Below, one piece after another: positions 1 through 10,280 of a stretch of DNA of 64,000 nt. The DNA lies in assembly GCA_019638015.1 (NCBI GenBank), contig JAHBUP010000001.1, positions 1,146,424 to 1,210,423 on the forward strand, read 5' to 3'. A program made the translations under genes and the position numbers. Numbering within the stretch: the first letter of the stretch is position 1; the number at the start of each line of letters is the position of its first letter. The notes below the pieces were generated by a model, which worked only from the letters and a program-made list of their open reading frames with translations, searched no databases and had not been told where the DNA came from. Source of the stretch: Melioribacteraceae bacterium. Lineage in GTDB: Bacteria > Bacteroidota > Ignavibacteria > Ignavibacteriales > Melioribacteraceae.

Positions 1-2031
1 AAAAAGTTTATTCTAAGTTTAATAATTATATCATTCTCTCTGCAGATAAACGCGCAGACAAAAAGAGCGATGACGGTTGAAGATATGTGGTCGATGAAAA
101 GAATTGGGGGATATGATCTTTCTCCCGATGGGAAAAAGATTGTTTTTTCTGTTTCCACTTACGATATGAAATCTAATAAGGGTAATTCTGATATCTGGAT
201 GATTGACTCTGACGGAAAAAATCTAAAACCAATAAAAAATAGTGATGCCAATGAATCATCTCCAAAATTTTCTCCGAATGGAATGAAAATTACCTATGAA
301 ACCGGAGGTCAAATTTGGATTGCTGATCCTAATGGGAATAACGCATCAAAACTTACCGATTTATATACGGGAGCTTCGGGAATAGCATGGGCTAAAGATG
401 GAAGAGGATTATTATTTATTTCTTCTGTTTATCCCGATTGTTTAACTCAAGAATGTAATAAAAAGCGTGATGAAGAAGCCGAAGAGTCAAAAATTAAAGC
501 TAAAATTTTTACTGAATTAATGTACCGCCATTGGAATGATTGGCGCGGCGATAAAAGATCACATCTTTATTGGATGAATTATGGAACAAAAGAATATTTT
601 GATGTAACACTCACTAGTAATTTTGATGTGCCTCCGATCGCTCTCGGTAGTGCTAATGATTATTCACTTTCTCCTGATGGGGAAGAGATCGCTTTTACAA
701 TGAATACTGATAAGATGCTCGCGACCAGCACAAACAACGATATCTTCATTTTAAGAGTTTCAGACATCAACAAAAACGGTAAAACTAATTTCAAACAAAT
801 TTCTACTAGCAAGGGAAATGATAATCAACCGGTTTATTCGCCAGACGGTAAGTATATAGCTTTTTGTTCAATGGCTAGAGCAGGATTTGAGGCCGATAAA
901 CAATCGTTAATGATATATAATCGTGAAACGGGTGAACTGAAAAATGTTACCAATAAATTAGATATCTCGATAGGACAAATATTATGGTCCCCCGATGCAA
1001 AATTTATTTACTTTGATGCTGATAGAGAATCATTCCACTCAATTTATAAATTTAACCTAGCTACAGGTGAGAACACTTTACTCGTTAAAGATGGACATAA
1101 CTCAGAATTGACAATTAACGCTGATGGTACTAAAATATTCTTCAAACGTCAGCAATCCATTCTACCCACAGAAATCTTTTCAATTAAAAATGATGGTACT
1201 GGATTAACCCAAATTACAAACACAAATCCAGAGTTATTAGCACAGCTTCAGTTTGGCGAGTTCGATACTTTCTGGAGTAAAGGTGCAGGGGGAGTGAATG
1301 TTCAATCTATAATAGTTAAACCTCCATTTTTTGATGCTGCTAAGAAATACCCGATGATTTTTTTAATTCATGGCGGTCCTCAGGGTAACTGGTCAGATCA
1401 ATTCCATTACCGCTGGAATATGCAATTATTCGCATCAAAAGGATATGTGGTTGTTGCTCCAAATCCACGAGGCAGCACCGGTTTCGGACAAAAATTCACA
1501 GATGAAATTTCGGGTGATTGGGGTGGAAAAGTTTATGTTGATTTAATGAGCACTTACGATAATGCAATTAAATCCTACAAGTTTATTGATGCTAAAAATA
1601 CATTTGCCGCCGGTGGGTCATATGGTGGTTATATGGTAAATTGGATTCTTGCCAACAATACCAAATTTAATGCTTTAGTTGCACATGCATCAGTTTTTAA
1701 TTTGGAAAGCATGTATGGAGCTACTGAAGAATTATGGTTCCCTGAATGGGAGAATAAAGGTACTCCTTGGCAAAATAGAAAATTGTATGAAAAATTTTCT
1801 CCCCATAGATATGCCAAGAATTTTAAAACCCCAACTTTGGTTATTCATGGCGCATATGATTTTAGAGTACCAGAAGGGCAGGCATTTGAATTATTTACCA
1901 CTTTACAACGAATGAATGTACCTAGTAAATTTTTATACTATCCAGATGAAACTCATTTTGTCACAAAACCTCAAAACGCAAAATTATGGTGGAACACCAT
2001 TTTTGATTGGTTTGATCAATTTAAAAAATAG
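1..2031 (+). CDS. S9 family serine peptidase (prolyl oligopeptidase / acylaminoacyl-peptidase type), 5' end cut by window edge
   Basis: ORF track gives 70..2031. The same frame stays open back to nt 1 and reads KKFILSLIIISFSLQINAQ, which looks like a signal peptide, so the true start is upstream of the window. Repeated SPDG(K/E) propeller blades, nucleophile elbow GGSYGG, and C-terminal HGAYDFRV / DETHF catalytic context. Confidence 0.9.
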   Translation, partial: KKFILSLIIISFSLQINAQTKRAMTVEDMWSMKRIGGYDLSPDGKKIVFSVSTYDMKSNKGNSDIWMIDSDGKNLKPIKNSDANESSPKFSPNGMKITYETGGQIWIADPNGNNASKLTDLYTGASGIAWAKDGRGLLFISSVYPDCLTQECNKKRDEEAEESKIKAKIFTELMYRHWNDWRGDKRSHLYWMNYGTKEYFDVTLTSNFDVPPIALGSANDYSLSPDGEEIAFTMNTDKMLATSTNNDIFILRVSDINKNGKTNFKQISTSKGNDNQPVYSPDGKYIAFCSMARAGFEADKQSLMIYNRETGELKNVTNKLDISIGQILWSPDAKFIYFDADRESFHSIYKFNLATGENTLLVKDGHNSELTINADGTKIFFKRQQSILPTEIFSIKNDGTGLTQITNTNPELLAQLQFGEFDTFWSKGAGGVNVQSIIVKPPFFDAAKKYPMIFLIHGGPQGNWSDQFHYRWNMQLFASKGYVVVAPNPRGSTGFGQKFTDEISGDWGGKVYVDLMSTYDNAIKSYKFIDAKNTFAAGGSYGGYMVNWILANNTKFNALVAHASVFNLESMYGATEELWFPEWENKGTPWQNRKLYEKFSPHRYAKNFKTPTLVIHGAYDFRVPEGQAFELFTTLQRMNVPSKFLYYPDETHFVTKPQNAKLWWNTIFDWFDQFKK

Positions 2032-2036
2032 ATGGG

Positions 2037-2384
2037 GTGATTATGAATTACGAATTTGAAAATTTAGAAGATCAATTTGGAACCGAACAAAAAGTTGAGG
2101 AAGGTTCAAAATTTGTTGAAGATAAATTATGGCCAAAACTGGAAAAAGTTGGAAGTAAAATCCGGTTTGCAAAAGATGCGAAGGCTTTATTTAGATTCAT
2201 GAAAGATAGATATGTACCTTGGTACCGTAAATCTATTGTTATAGCGGCATTGGTATATTTTATAAGTCCAATTGACGCTGTACCCGATCTTGCACCATTG
2301 ATTGGTTATTTGGATGATCTCGGTGTTATTACGGCCGTAATTAAGTTTATGGGAAATCAACTTACACCTTATTATGATAATTAA
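2037..2384 (+). CDS. DUF1232 (YkvA-like) membrane-associated protein
   Basis: Motif YFISPIDAVPDLAPLIGYLDDLGV is typical of DUF1232. Lies 6 nt after the preceding gene. Confidence 0.7.
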   Translation: MIMNYEFENLEDQFGTEQKVEEGSKFVEDKLWPKLEKVGSKIRFAKDAKALFRFMKDRYVPWYRKSIVIAALVYFISPIDAVPDLAPLIGYLDDLGVITAVIKFMGNQLTPYYDN

Positions 2385-2426
2385 GTGAGTGTTTGTGATT
2401 TACGTTAGAGATGTAGAGCCAATTGA

Positions 2427-2966
2427 GTGAGGAAAAATATGAGTCGGCTTAATTATTTATTATTGATGGTAATTTTAATAACTGTTGGATGTTCTTCAAC
2501 AAATTATCCACCATTGGATGTTGTGGATAAAGTTGATGTTAACAGATATCTCGGTAAATGGTATGAAATAGCACGCCTTCCATTCAAACAGCAAACCGGT
2601 TGTGAATGCACATCAGCTGAATATCAGTTAATAGATTCAACCACATTAAAAGTTATTAACAAGTGTTTGAAAGAGGGAGAAATTGATGACGCTGAAGGAA
2701 AAGCATTTGTAGTGGAAGGAAGCAACAATGCAAAATTGCGCGTTCAATTTTTTTGGCCATTTAGAGGAGATTATTGGGTTATTGATCTTGATGAAGAAAA
2801 TTACCAATACGCTGTGGTGGGAACACCAAGTAGAAAATATTTGTGGATTCTTTCTCGAATCCCGAAGATGGATGATAAATTATTTCAAAAGCTGATTGAT
2901 AATGCCAGTTCCAAGGGCTTCGATATGACCAAACTGGAAGTTACCAAACAAGGTTGTAACGATTAA
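2427..2966 (+). CDS. blc: Bacterial lipocalin (Blc-like outer membrane lipoprotein)
   Basis: Lipoprotein signal LITVGCSS, lipocalin motif RYLGKWYEIARLP, and later YLWILSR. The start is probably the ATG at 2439, which follows GAGGAAAAAT. Confidence 0.85.
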   Translation: MRKNMSRLNYLLLMVILITVGCSSTNYPPLDVVDKVDVNRYLGKWYEIARLPFKQQTGCECTSAEYQLIDSTTLKVINKCLKEGEIDDAEGKAFVVEGSNNAKLRVQFFWPFRGDYWVIDLDEENYQYAVVGTPSRKYLWILSRIPKMDDKLFQKLIDNASSKGFDMTKLEVTKQGCND

Positions 2967-3034
2967 TTATTTTTCTTTCTCTGTTACTCAAAAGCAGTTT
3001 ATGTTGCTGCTTCAGCATACCCCAAAAGGAAATT

Positions 3035-4159
3035 ATGAATATTATTATAAAAGAAGTTGTAACCAGGACCGAATTATTGAGCTTTATAAAATTTCCTTTT
3101 TTGCTGTATAGTAAAAATGAAAACTGGGTACCACCGCTTATATTAGATGAGCTGCATACTCTTTTGCGAAAAAAAAATCCCGCCTTTGAGTTCTGCGATG
3201 CAAAATACTGGCTTGCATATAGGGAGAATAAAATTGTAGGTAGAATCGCCGGCATAATAAATTATAAATACAATGAGAAGTGGGGAAAAAAACTAGTCCG
3301 TTTTGGCTGGTTCGATTTTATTGATGATAATGAAGTCTCAGCATTATTATTAACTAAAGTTCAAGAATGGGGGATAGCAAGCGGCATGAATGAGATTCAT
3401 GGTCCACTTGGTTTTACAGATTTTGACGGTGAAGGAATGCTCATCGAAGGCTTTGATGAATTAGCTACATTTGGCTCTATTTATAATTATCCCTACTATA
3501 AGTATCATATTGAAAAGAATAATTTTATTAAAGATACCGATTGGGTAGAGTATGTTGTTACTCTAAATGATACTGTACCCGAGAAAATTGCGAGATTAGC
3601 CAAGACAGTAGCCGAGAGATACAATCTCCACTATTTACGTGTAAATAAAACTAAAGAGATGCTTCCTTATGCCAGAGATATTTTTTATTTGATAAATGAG
3701 GCATATAAAGATTTGTTTGGATTTGTTGAACTCACGGACAAGCAAATTGATGTATATGTAAAACAATACTTCGATTTTATAAAACCGGGATTCGTTCCAA
3801 TCATCTTAGATAAAAACAAGAAATTAGTTGGTTTTGGAATAACGATGCCCTCTATATCGCGGGCAATACAGAAAGCGAAAGGACGATTATTCCCGCTAGG
3901 GTTCCTACATATTTTACGTGCTATGAAAAATAATCCGGCGGCTGATCTATATTTGACTGCTGTTCGTCCGGAATACCAGAATAAAGGTGTAAACGCTATG
4001 ATTATTTGCGAAATAAATCATGTGTTTATAAAAAATAAAATTACCCGCGTTGAAACAAACCGTGAACTTGAGGAGAATTCGAAAATTCAAGCTCAATGGC
4101 GTTTCTTCGAATCACGGCTCCATAAAAGAAGACGTTGCTATAAAAAATCACTTATCTAA
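3035..4159 (+). CDS. GNAT-like N-acyltransferase-fold protein of uncharacterised subfamily
   Basis: 374-aa ORF. The C-terminal part (LYLTAVRPEYQNKGVNAMI) resembles the GNAT acetyl-CoA binding segment. No precise family recognised. Confidence 0.45.
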   Translation: MNIIIKEVVTRTELLSFIKFPFLLYSKNENWVPPLILDELHTLLRKKNPAFEFCDAKYWLAYRENKIVGRIAGIINYKYNEKWGKKLVRFGWFDFIDDNEVSALLLTKVQEWGIASGMNEIHGPLGFTDFDGEGMLIEGFDELATFGSIYNYPYYKYHIEKNNFIKDTDWVEYVVTLNDTVPEKIARLAKTVAERYNLHYLRVNKTKEMLPYARDIFYLINEAYKDLFGFVELTDKQIDVYVKQYFDFIKPGFVPIILDKNKKLVGFGITMPSISRAIQKAKGRLFPLGFLHILRAMKNNPAADLYLTAVRPEYQNKGVNAMIICEINHVFIKNKITRVETNRELEENSKIQAQWRFFESRLHKRRRCYKKSLI

Positions 4160-4201
4160 CTGGATTTAAATAATCCATTCAAACAAATAATTGAGGCAGT
4201 A

Positions 4202-4744
4202 ATGAATTTTAAAGTCAAAACAAGAAATAAAATTTTCGACGGTAAAGTTTTTGATGTTATTGTTGATGAAATTGAATATAACGGTACCGGTAACAAAGCT
4301 ATAAGGCAAGTTGCTCTTCACCCGGGTGGAGCTGTTGTTGTTCCGGTAACAAAAGAGGGAAAGATTATACTTGTATCTCAGTACCGATATCCACACAATC
4401 AAATTTTAATAGAACTTCCGGCGGGTAAATTGGAAAAAGGGGAAGACCCGCTTTTATGCGCCTCTCGAGAGTTGACAGAGGAAACCGGATATACATCCAA
4501 TAATGTTATTAAGCTCGGGAAAATATTTACCACACCTGGTTTTTGCGATGAAGTGCTTCATATTTATCTCGCGAAAGATTTAATTGCGGGTAATCACGCA
4601 AGAGAGGAGGGAGAAGAAGAAATGGAAATATTTGAAATGACTCTCGAAGAAGTTGATGCAAAAATCCTTTCCGGAGAAATTGTTGATGCAAAAACAATCT
4701 GCGGTATTCATTATTACAGATTGAATAAAGAGCTAAACATATAG
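4202..4744 (+). CDS. NUDIX hydrolase (ADP-ribose pyrophosphatase-like)
   Basis: Nudix box GKLEKGEDPLLCASRELTEETGY (GX5EX7REUXEEXGU pattern). Confidence 0.85.
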   Translation: MNFKVKTRNKIFDGKVFDVIVDEIEYNGTGNKAIRQVALHPGGAVVVPVTKEGKIILVSQYRYPHNQILIELPAGKLEKGEDPLLCASRELTEETGYTSNNVIKLGKIFTTPGFCDEVLHIYLAKDLIAGNHAREEGEEEMEIFEMTLEEVDAKILSGEIVDAKTICGIHYYRLNKELNI

Positions 4745-4797
4745 TGACGATGAGTAAAAGCTTGATTTCTATTTTTGGATAGAAACTGATTTTACTT

Positions 4798-5625
4798 TTA
4801 CTCGTTAGTTAATTCTTCTAATTCCACTTTATGAAGCTGGGAAATCTTTTTTCCTAAAAACTTTTCCGCTATATCTCGGAATTTTGTGGGCATATCACTT
4901 ACATAAAACTCACTTTGACCATGGTGCACTGATTGATTTCTTATTCCTCTCCCGTTCAGATAATCTTCTACTAACCGGGCTGATGGAGTTCCGCTATCAA
5001 CTAAATTTACTTTTTTACCAACAACCTTTTGAATTATATCCGATAGTATTGGATAATGGGTACACCCTAAGATCAGTGTGTCGATATCTTTCTCTTTGAA
5101 TTCAGACAAATATTCCTTTGCAATAAGTTCTGTAGCTTTATGATCTGTCCATCCTTCTTCAGCAAGCGGTACAAATAACGGACATGCTTTTTCAAACACT
5201 TTTAATTTTGGATTTAGTTTTTTTAATTCATGCGAATATGCTTTGTTGTTGATTGTTGCGTTCGTACCAATAACACCAATCTTTTTATTCCTCGTTTCCA
5301 TAAGAGCTAATTTGGCCCCCGGTTCAATCATGCCAATAACTGGAATTGTTAAAAATTTTCTCAATTCTGTTAGAGCAACAGAGGAAGCTGTATTACACGC
5401 CACAACAAGCAGTTTAATATTTTTTCTTAATAAAAAATTAGCAGCTTGAAGTGAGTATTCAATTACAGTATCATTGGATTTACTACCGTAAGGAACGCGG
5501 GCTGTATCTCCAAAATAAACCAAATTTTCATTCGGCATGGTTCTTAAAAAAGATTTTACAACAGTCAATCCGCCAATTCCGGAATCAAAAAACCCTATTG
5601 GATTTGTTTTGTTCATAAAATTCAA
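4798..5625 (-). CDS. murI: Glutamate racemase
   Basis: N-terminal IGFFDSGIGGLTV, the two catalytic Cys contexts VVACNTAS and LGCTHYP, and length 275 aa. Confidence 0.92.
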   Translation of the reverse strand: MNFMNKTNPIGFFDSGIGGLTVVKSFLRTMPNENLVYFGDTARVPYGSKSNDTVIEYSLQAANFLLRKNIKLLVVACNTASSVALTELRKFLTIPVIGMIEPGAKLALMETRNKKIGVIGTNATINNKAYSHELKKLNPKLKVFEKACPLFVPLAEEGWTDHKATELIAKEYLSEFKEKDIDTLILGCTHYPILSDIIQKVVGKKVNLVDSGTPSARLVEDYLNGRGIRNQSVHHGQSEFYVSDMPTKFRDIAEKFLGKKISQLHKVELEELTNE

Positions 5626-5633
5626 TTTGTCAC

Positions 5634-8276
5634 CTATAACATTTCTTCAATTGTTTGAGTTAATTCGTGAGTGATCAGCTGAAAATCATTTCGGGATATT
5701 TTTTTCCCGTTTCTATCTAGTGTGTAGAAAGAATCTACTACATCATCAGCTTTAGTATTAATTTTCGCGAAATAGATTGTTAAACCTACATCGTGCATTT
5801 TTTTTGTGACTTGATAGAGAAGCCCGAGTCTATCTGGTGAGTACACATCAATAATTGTATATTTTTCATGTTTCTCAAATACAATTTTTATTTTACCTTT
5901 ACGTTTGAACAGCTTGTTTTCAAGCCGCCACCATTTAGATTTTATTTTATTAAACTCATTAATCATCTGCAGTTCATTAGCTACCGCCAATGCTAAATCC
6001 CTTTCTATTTTACCAAATCTTTCTTTGCTAACATTACCACCGCTTCTAAAATCGGTTACATTAAAACTATCTATTACTATTCCATCTTTGCGTGTAAAAA
6101 TTTTAGCGTCATGAATATTCAAATCATTAATTGCTAGAGCGCCGCACAATTTTGAAAGCAATGCATCAGAATCCCGCGTTATAACTGTTACAGAGGTAAA
6201 ATCGCCATCTTCTTTAAATAATACTGAGATTGGCGTTCCTTTTTCGATCTCATCGATGTGCTGGTTAATCTCTTCCGGTGTAAAATGATGAAGATAACCT
6301 AGATCATTAATTGACTCGATATGCTCGCGAAAAACATTCTCGGAATAAATTTCTGAACCGCTGATTATTTCTTGAATATTGGATGATAATAATTCTTGCC
6401 CGGTTATTCTGTCTTCAAGCATCGATTTAGTTTTGCGGTAGAGTTCATTTAATAACTCGCTCTTCCATTGAGTCCATACTACTTGTGAAACAGCCGACAA
6501 ATCGGAGTAGGTCAACAGATACAAAAGATCTAAGTGATTAGAATCGGGAAATATTGACGCAAAATTATTAAGTGTAGAAGGATCATTGAGATTTCTGCGA
6601 AATGCGACCTGTTCCATTGTTAAATGGTGGTGAACTAAAAACTGAACTTTTTCAATTTCTTCGAAACCGTAGCCAAGCCGTTCCATTATGGTATTCGCAA
6701 TTTCACCGCCAATAATTTCGTGACCTGAAATACTAATTGGTTTTGCAATATCATGAAACAAAACCGAGAGAAAAAGTACATCTTTCTCCTTGATCTGATC
6801 GAACAATTTACCGAGAACATTATTTTGCCCCGACAATTTTTCAAGGTTATTTAGAGCAATTAAAGTATGCTCATCTGCCGTATAACAATGATAAACACCA
6901 GGCTGAAAAAATCCTATTAAATCTTTCCACTCCTTCATAAACGCGCTAAGCACATTTAATTCATTCATAACCATTAATGTTTTACCAACATTTCTTGGTA
7001 AACGTAAAATCTCACGAAAGAATACCGAAGAAGTATGTTCAACTGTATGTTCTTCCTCAATGTCGATTACTTTCTCAATTATCGCAGAACGTAGAGTCTC
7101 GTCTAAACGTGCATCGTGCAATCCTCGATAATAAAAAGCTCTTAGAATTGTGGATAAATTAAGGTCATCTTTACCTTTGTAACTTATAATTGAATTTTTC
7201 ATCGAGAAATCGTCATCAAGATCAATTGTGAGGATATCAGAAATTTTTGAATCAACTTCTTCCTCAAATCTCTTGAGCATGGTACCGGAAAAACGCTTAA
7301 TTATATTCGCCGCTTCAAAATACTTCTTCATGAAATTCTGCCAGTTGTTTCCAGCATATCCACAAAAGTGCCCAATCTTTTCCTGAAATGAATATTCTAA
7401 CCTATCGTTTTTATGTTTTGATAGTAGATGCACATGATTTCTTGCGAATAATAATGTCTCATAACTATCAAGCAACCGCGCTGCCGCTCTAGGAATTACA
7501 ATTCCATCCTGTTTTATTTGATTAAGGAAAAATTGCGTTTGAGAAATTTCCTCTTGATTATTTAATATCATCCCATTTTTAATAGCGTAAATCCATTCAA
7601 TAATTTGAAGATCACGCAATCCGCCAGCGGTAAATTTTATATTTGGCTCTAATACTTTTGCTGAATCGCCATACTTTTGATGGCGTGCTTTTGTATCTGA
7701 AAAATATTCCTGTAATAATCGGTTTTTGTGTTTATCATTTAAAGAATCAAAAACTTTTTTATTCCACTGCCAGTAAATTTTTTCGTTGCCTTGTATAAAT
7801 CGGGTTTCAAAAAATTGTGTGAAGGCTTGTAAATCTTCTTCAAGAAATCTTTTTATATCAGAATACTCTCTCACGGTGTGAGAAGCTTCAATACCTGCAT
7901 CCCATAACATTGTAACACATTCTTTAATCAGCTTTTCATCATTTTTAACTTTTTCAGAAATGAACATCATATCTATATCTGAATACGGGGATAGTTCTCT
8001 TCTACTAAAGCTGCCAACAGAGGCAATCGCAAAATCTAATTTTTTACCTTTTAGGACGGTCTGAACATATTCTTCAACAAGCAGACTATACTTAATACTA
8101 AATTGAAGAGAATTTTTTAAAAGTTCTTCATCGCCAAAAATTTGATTTTTGGCTTGAATAAATTCTTCTTTTATTTTCAGAGGTTCCACATCCATTGATT
8201 GAATGCCTTCAAAATAATTAGGTAATAAATACTTTTTGCAATTCCCGATAAGCAGATGCCGGAGCAAGTCCGGCAT
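5634..8276 (-). CDS. glnD: [Protein-PII] uridylyltransferase / uridylyl-removing enzyme
   Basis: Nucleotidyltransferase motif GSFSRRELSPYSDIDMMF, HD domain (LFHDIAKP), and two C-terminal ACT-like repeats. Size is about 850-880 aa. The start may be an internal Met (MDVEPLK, about 8195). Confidence 0.8.
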   Translation of the reverse strand: MPDLLRHLLIGNCKKYLLPNYFEGIQSMDVEPLKIKEEFIQAKNQIFGDEELLKNSLQFSIKYSLLVEEYVQTVLKGKKLDFAIASVGSFSRRELSPYSDIDMMFISEKVKNDEKLIKECVTMLWDAGIEASHTVREYSDIKRFLEEDLQAFTQFFETRFIQGNEKIYWQWNKKVFDSLNDKHKNRLLQEYFSDTKARHQKYGDSAKVLEPNIKFTAGGLRDLQIIEWIYAIKNGMILNNQEEISQTQFFLNQIKQDGIVIPRAAARLLDSYETLLFARNHVHLLSKHKNDRLEYSFQEKIGHFCGYAGNNWQNFMKKYFEAANIIKRFSGTMLKRFEEEVDSKISDILTIDLDDDFSMKNSIISYKGKDDLNLSTILRAFYYRGLHDARLDETLRSAIIEKVIDIEEEHTVEHTSSVFFREILRLPRNVGKTLMVMNELNVLSAFMKEWKDLIGFFQPGVYHCYTADEHTLIALNNLEKLSGQNNVLGKLFDQIKEKDVLFLSVLFHDIAKPISISGHEIIGGEIANTIMERLGYGFEEIEKVQFLVHHHLTMEQVAFRRNLNDPSTLNNFASIFPDSNHLDLLYLLTYSDLSAVSQVVWTQWKSELLNELYRKTKSMLEDRITGQELLSSNIQEIISGSEIYSENVFREHIESINDLGYLHHFTPEEINQHIDEIEKGTPISVLFKEDGDFTSVTVITRDSDALLSKLCGALAINDLNIHDAKIFTRKDGIVIDSFNVTDFRSGGNVSKERFGKIERDLALAVANELQMINEFNKIKSKWWRLENKLFKRKGKIKIVFEKHEKYTIIDVYSPDRLGLLYQVTKKMHDVGLTIYFAKINTKADDVVDSFYTLDRNGKKISRNDFQLITHELTQTIEEML

Positions 8277-8324
8277 TCTGACAATTAACTTATAATCGAT
8301 AAATCAAGTAGTCAAAAATTGCGA

Positions 8325-9713
8325 CTACAATTTAGCAAATCTTGCCTGGAAAAATCTCAAGTATTTTGGCTCATAAACCATTTTAAGTCCTTTAATTGAT
8401 TTACGATTTGCGAACACTTCGGCAATAGATTCAACCGTTACGTCGATATGAGCTTGAGTGTAAACTCTTCTTGGGAAAGTTAAACGTACAAGTTCAAGTT
8501 TAGGATAACGATTTTTACCGGTTTTGGGATCGCGTCCTGAAGATACAATTCCTCTCTCCATACCACGAACTCCGCTGTCGATATAAATTTCGGAAGCGAG
8601 TGTTTGAGCCGGGAATAAATCTTGTTTTAGATGAGGTAAAAATCTTTTTGCGTCGAGAAATATTGCGTGTCCTCCGTAAGGCTGAACTATTGGAATATTA
8701 TATTTCTCCAGCTGTTTACCGCAATACTCAACTTGACCGATACGAGCTTTAACATTATCGAACTGAACCATTTCCTCAATACCGCGAGCCATAGCTTCCA
8801 TATCTCGCCCGGCTAATCCGCCATAAGTATGAAGACCCTCATAAACCACAACCATATTGCGGGCTTCTTCATAAACTTTTTTATTTCTTGTAGCTAAAAA
8901 TCCGCCAATGTTAACCATTAAATCTTTTTTTGCGGAAACCCAAAGTCCATCAAAATAGGAGCACATTTCTTTAAGAATGCTTGCAATACTTTTTGTGGAA
9001 TATCCTTTTTCCTTCATTTTAATGAAGTAGGCATTTTCGGTCGCGCGTGTCGCGTCGAACCATAGTTTAACGCCATATTTTTGGGTTAGCTTGTAAACAT
9101 CCTTTAAGTTTTCCATTGAGAAAGGTTGACCACCGGCCATATTCACCGGGCCTGCCATACTTACATAAGGAATTTTTTTTGCGCCAACCTGTTTAATTAA
9201 CGCTTCAAGTTTGTTCAGATCAATGTTTCCTTTAAATGGATAGTGATTTTGAGGATCATGAGCTTCATCAACAATTACATCCACAAAGGTTGCGCCCGCA
9301 AGTTCTTGATGGAGTCTGGTAGTAGTGAAGTACATATTACCGGGAATAAAATCGCCAGGCTTAATCATGATTTTAGAAATCATATGTTCAGCGGCGCGCC
9401 CTTGATGTGTAGGTACGAAGTAGGGCATACCATAATATTTTTTAACATTATCCCAGAGTGTGTAAAAGTTTTTGCTTCCTGCATAAGCTTCATCGCCAAG
9501 CATCATTCCTGCCCATTGATAATCACTCATAGCATTTGTACCGCTGTCGGTTAATAAATCAATATAAACATCTTCCGATTTTAATAAGAATGTATTGTAA
9601 CCTGCTTCTTTCGCGGCTTTCTGTCTTTGTTCGAGAGTAGTCATTTTTATTGGCTCAACCATTTTAATTTTGAATGGCTCGGCCCAGCTTCTTTTTATTA
9701 ATTTTTTTGCCAT
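8325..9713 (-). CDS. PLP-dependent beta-eliminating lyase (tryptophanase / tyrosine phenol-lyase family)
   Basis: Near full-length resemblance to the TnaA/TPL family: AEPFKIKMVEP, YIDLLTDSGTNAMSD, PTHQGR, NMYFTTTR, SAKKD (PLP Lys context). C-terminal YEPKYLRFFQARF. Confidence 0.9.
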   Translation of the reverse strand: MAKKLIKRSWAEPFKIKMVEPIKMTTLEQRQKAAKEAGYNTFLLKSEDVYIDLLTDSGTNAMSDYQWAGMMLGDEAYAGSKNFYTLWDNVKKYYGMPYFVPTHQGRAAEHMISKIMIKPGDFIPGNMYFTTTRLHQELAGATFVDVIVDEAHDPQNHYPFKGNIDLNKLEALIKQVGAKKIPYVSMAGPVNMAGGQPFSMENLKDVYKLTQKYGVKLWFDATRATENAYFIKMKEKGYSTKSIASILKEMCSYFDGLWVSAKKDLMVNIGGFLATRNKKVYEEARNMVVVYEGLHTYGGLAGRDMEAMARGIEEMVQFDNVKARIGQVEYCGKQLEKYNIPIVQPYGGHAIFLDAKRFLPHLKQDLFPAQTLASEIYIDSGVRGMERGIVSSGRDPKTGKNRYPKLELVRLTFPRRVYTQAHIDVTVESIAEVFANRKSIKGLKMVYEPKYLRFFQARFAKL

Positions 9714-9728
9714 AACATCTCCTGTTTA

Positions 9729-10100
9729 TTAGCGTTTAGCTTTTAAAGATTTCTTTTTATGTTCAACTATAATATCGGACGCAATTCCTCCGCGGGTGTT
9801 GAACTTTGCAATTATTTTGAGATAACGGGGCTTCATTACTTTAATGAGATCATTAGCTATTCTATTTGTTACGGCTTCAAAGTAAATCCCATCATTACGG
9901 TATGATTGGAGATAAAACTTATAGGATTTTAATTCCACACAAATTTTATCGGCAACATATTCCAGAATAATTTCGGCATAATCGGGCTGACCGGTAACGG
10001 GACAGACAGAAGTAAACTCCGGAGCGTAGTGAATTATTGAGTAATCTCTTTCCGGGTTGGGGTTTGGAAAAGTTACCAGTATTTTAGTTTTATCGCTCAT
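9729..10100 (-). CDS. queF: NADPH-dependent 7-cyano-7-deazaguanine (preQ0) reductase, unimodular type
   Basis: QueF motif EFTSVCPVTGQPDYA with the catalytic Cys. Downstream of queC on the same strand. Confidence 0.9.
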   Translation of the reverse strand: MSDKTKILVTFPNPNPERDYSIIHYAPEFTSVCPVTGQPDYAEIILEYVADKICVELKSYKFYLQSYRNDGIYFEAVTNRIANDLIKVMKPRYLKIIAKFNTRGGIASDIIVEHKKKSLKAKR

Positions 10101-10280
10101 ATTTAAACCTTTATTATTGATGGAAATTTTGGATTAATGCAATCCTTATTACTTTAAAGATGAGGAGACGGTCAATTAACCATGGTCGATTATAAATTCG
10201 CGGTATAGTTTTTCTTTCAGATTCATTGAATAAAAAAAATTAATAATTAAAAAAACTAGTAATTATTATTGCACCCATTA

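Noticed and set aside
9243-9554. 103-aa plus-strand ORF. The same applies to similar ORFs at 12113-12448, 26615-26953, 33022-33360 and 37946-38290.
   Set aside because: All are fully nested antisense to long ORFs with unambiguous family signatures (lyase, GNAT, PEPCK, pullulanase, carboxyltransferase). None has a motif of its own.
10101-10280. Possible preQ1 riboswitch in the unusually long (180-nt) queC-queF spacer, and in the 80 nt upstream of queC (10968-11047)
   Set aside because: I read both strands looking for the preQ1-I pattern (a short stem followed by an A-rich tail ending in CUA/ACUAAGG) or a preQ1-II-like fold. No convincing stem-plus-tail arrangement turned up. A covariance-model scan (Rfam preQ1-I/II/III) would settle it.
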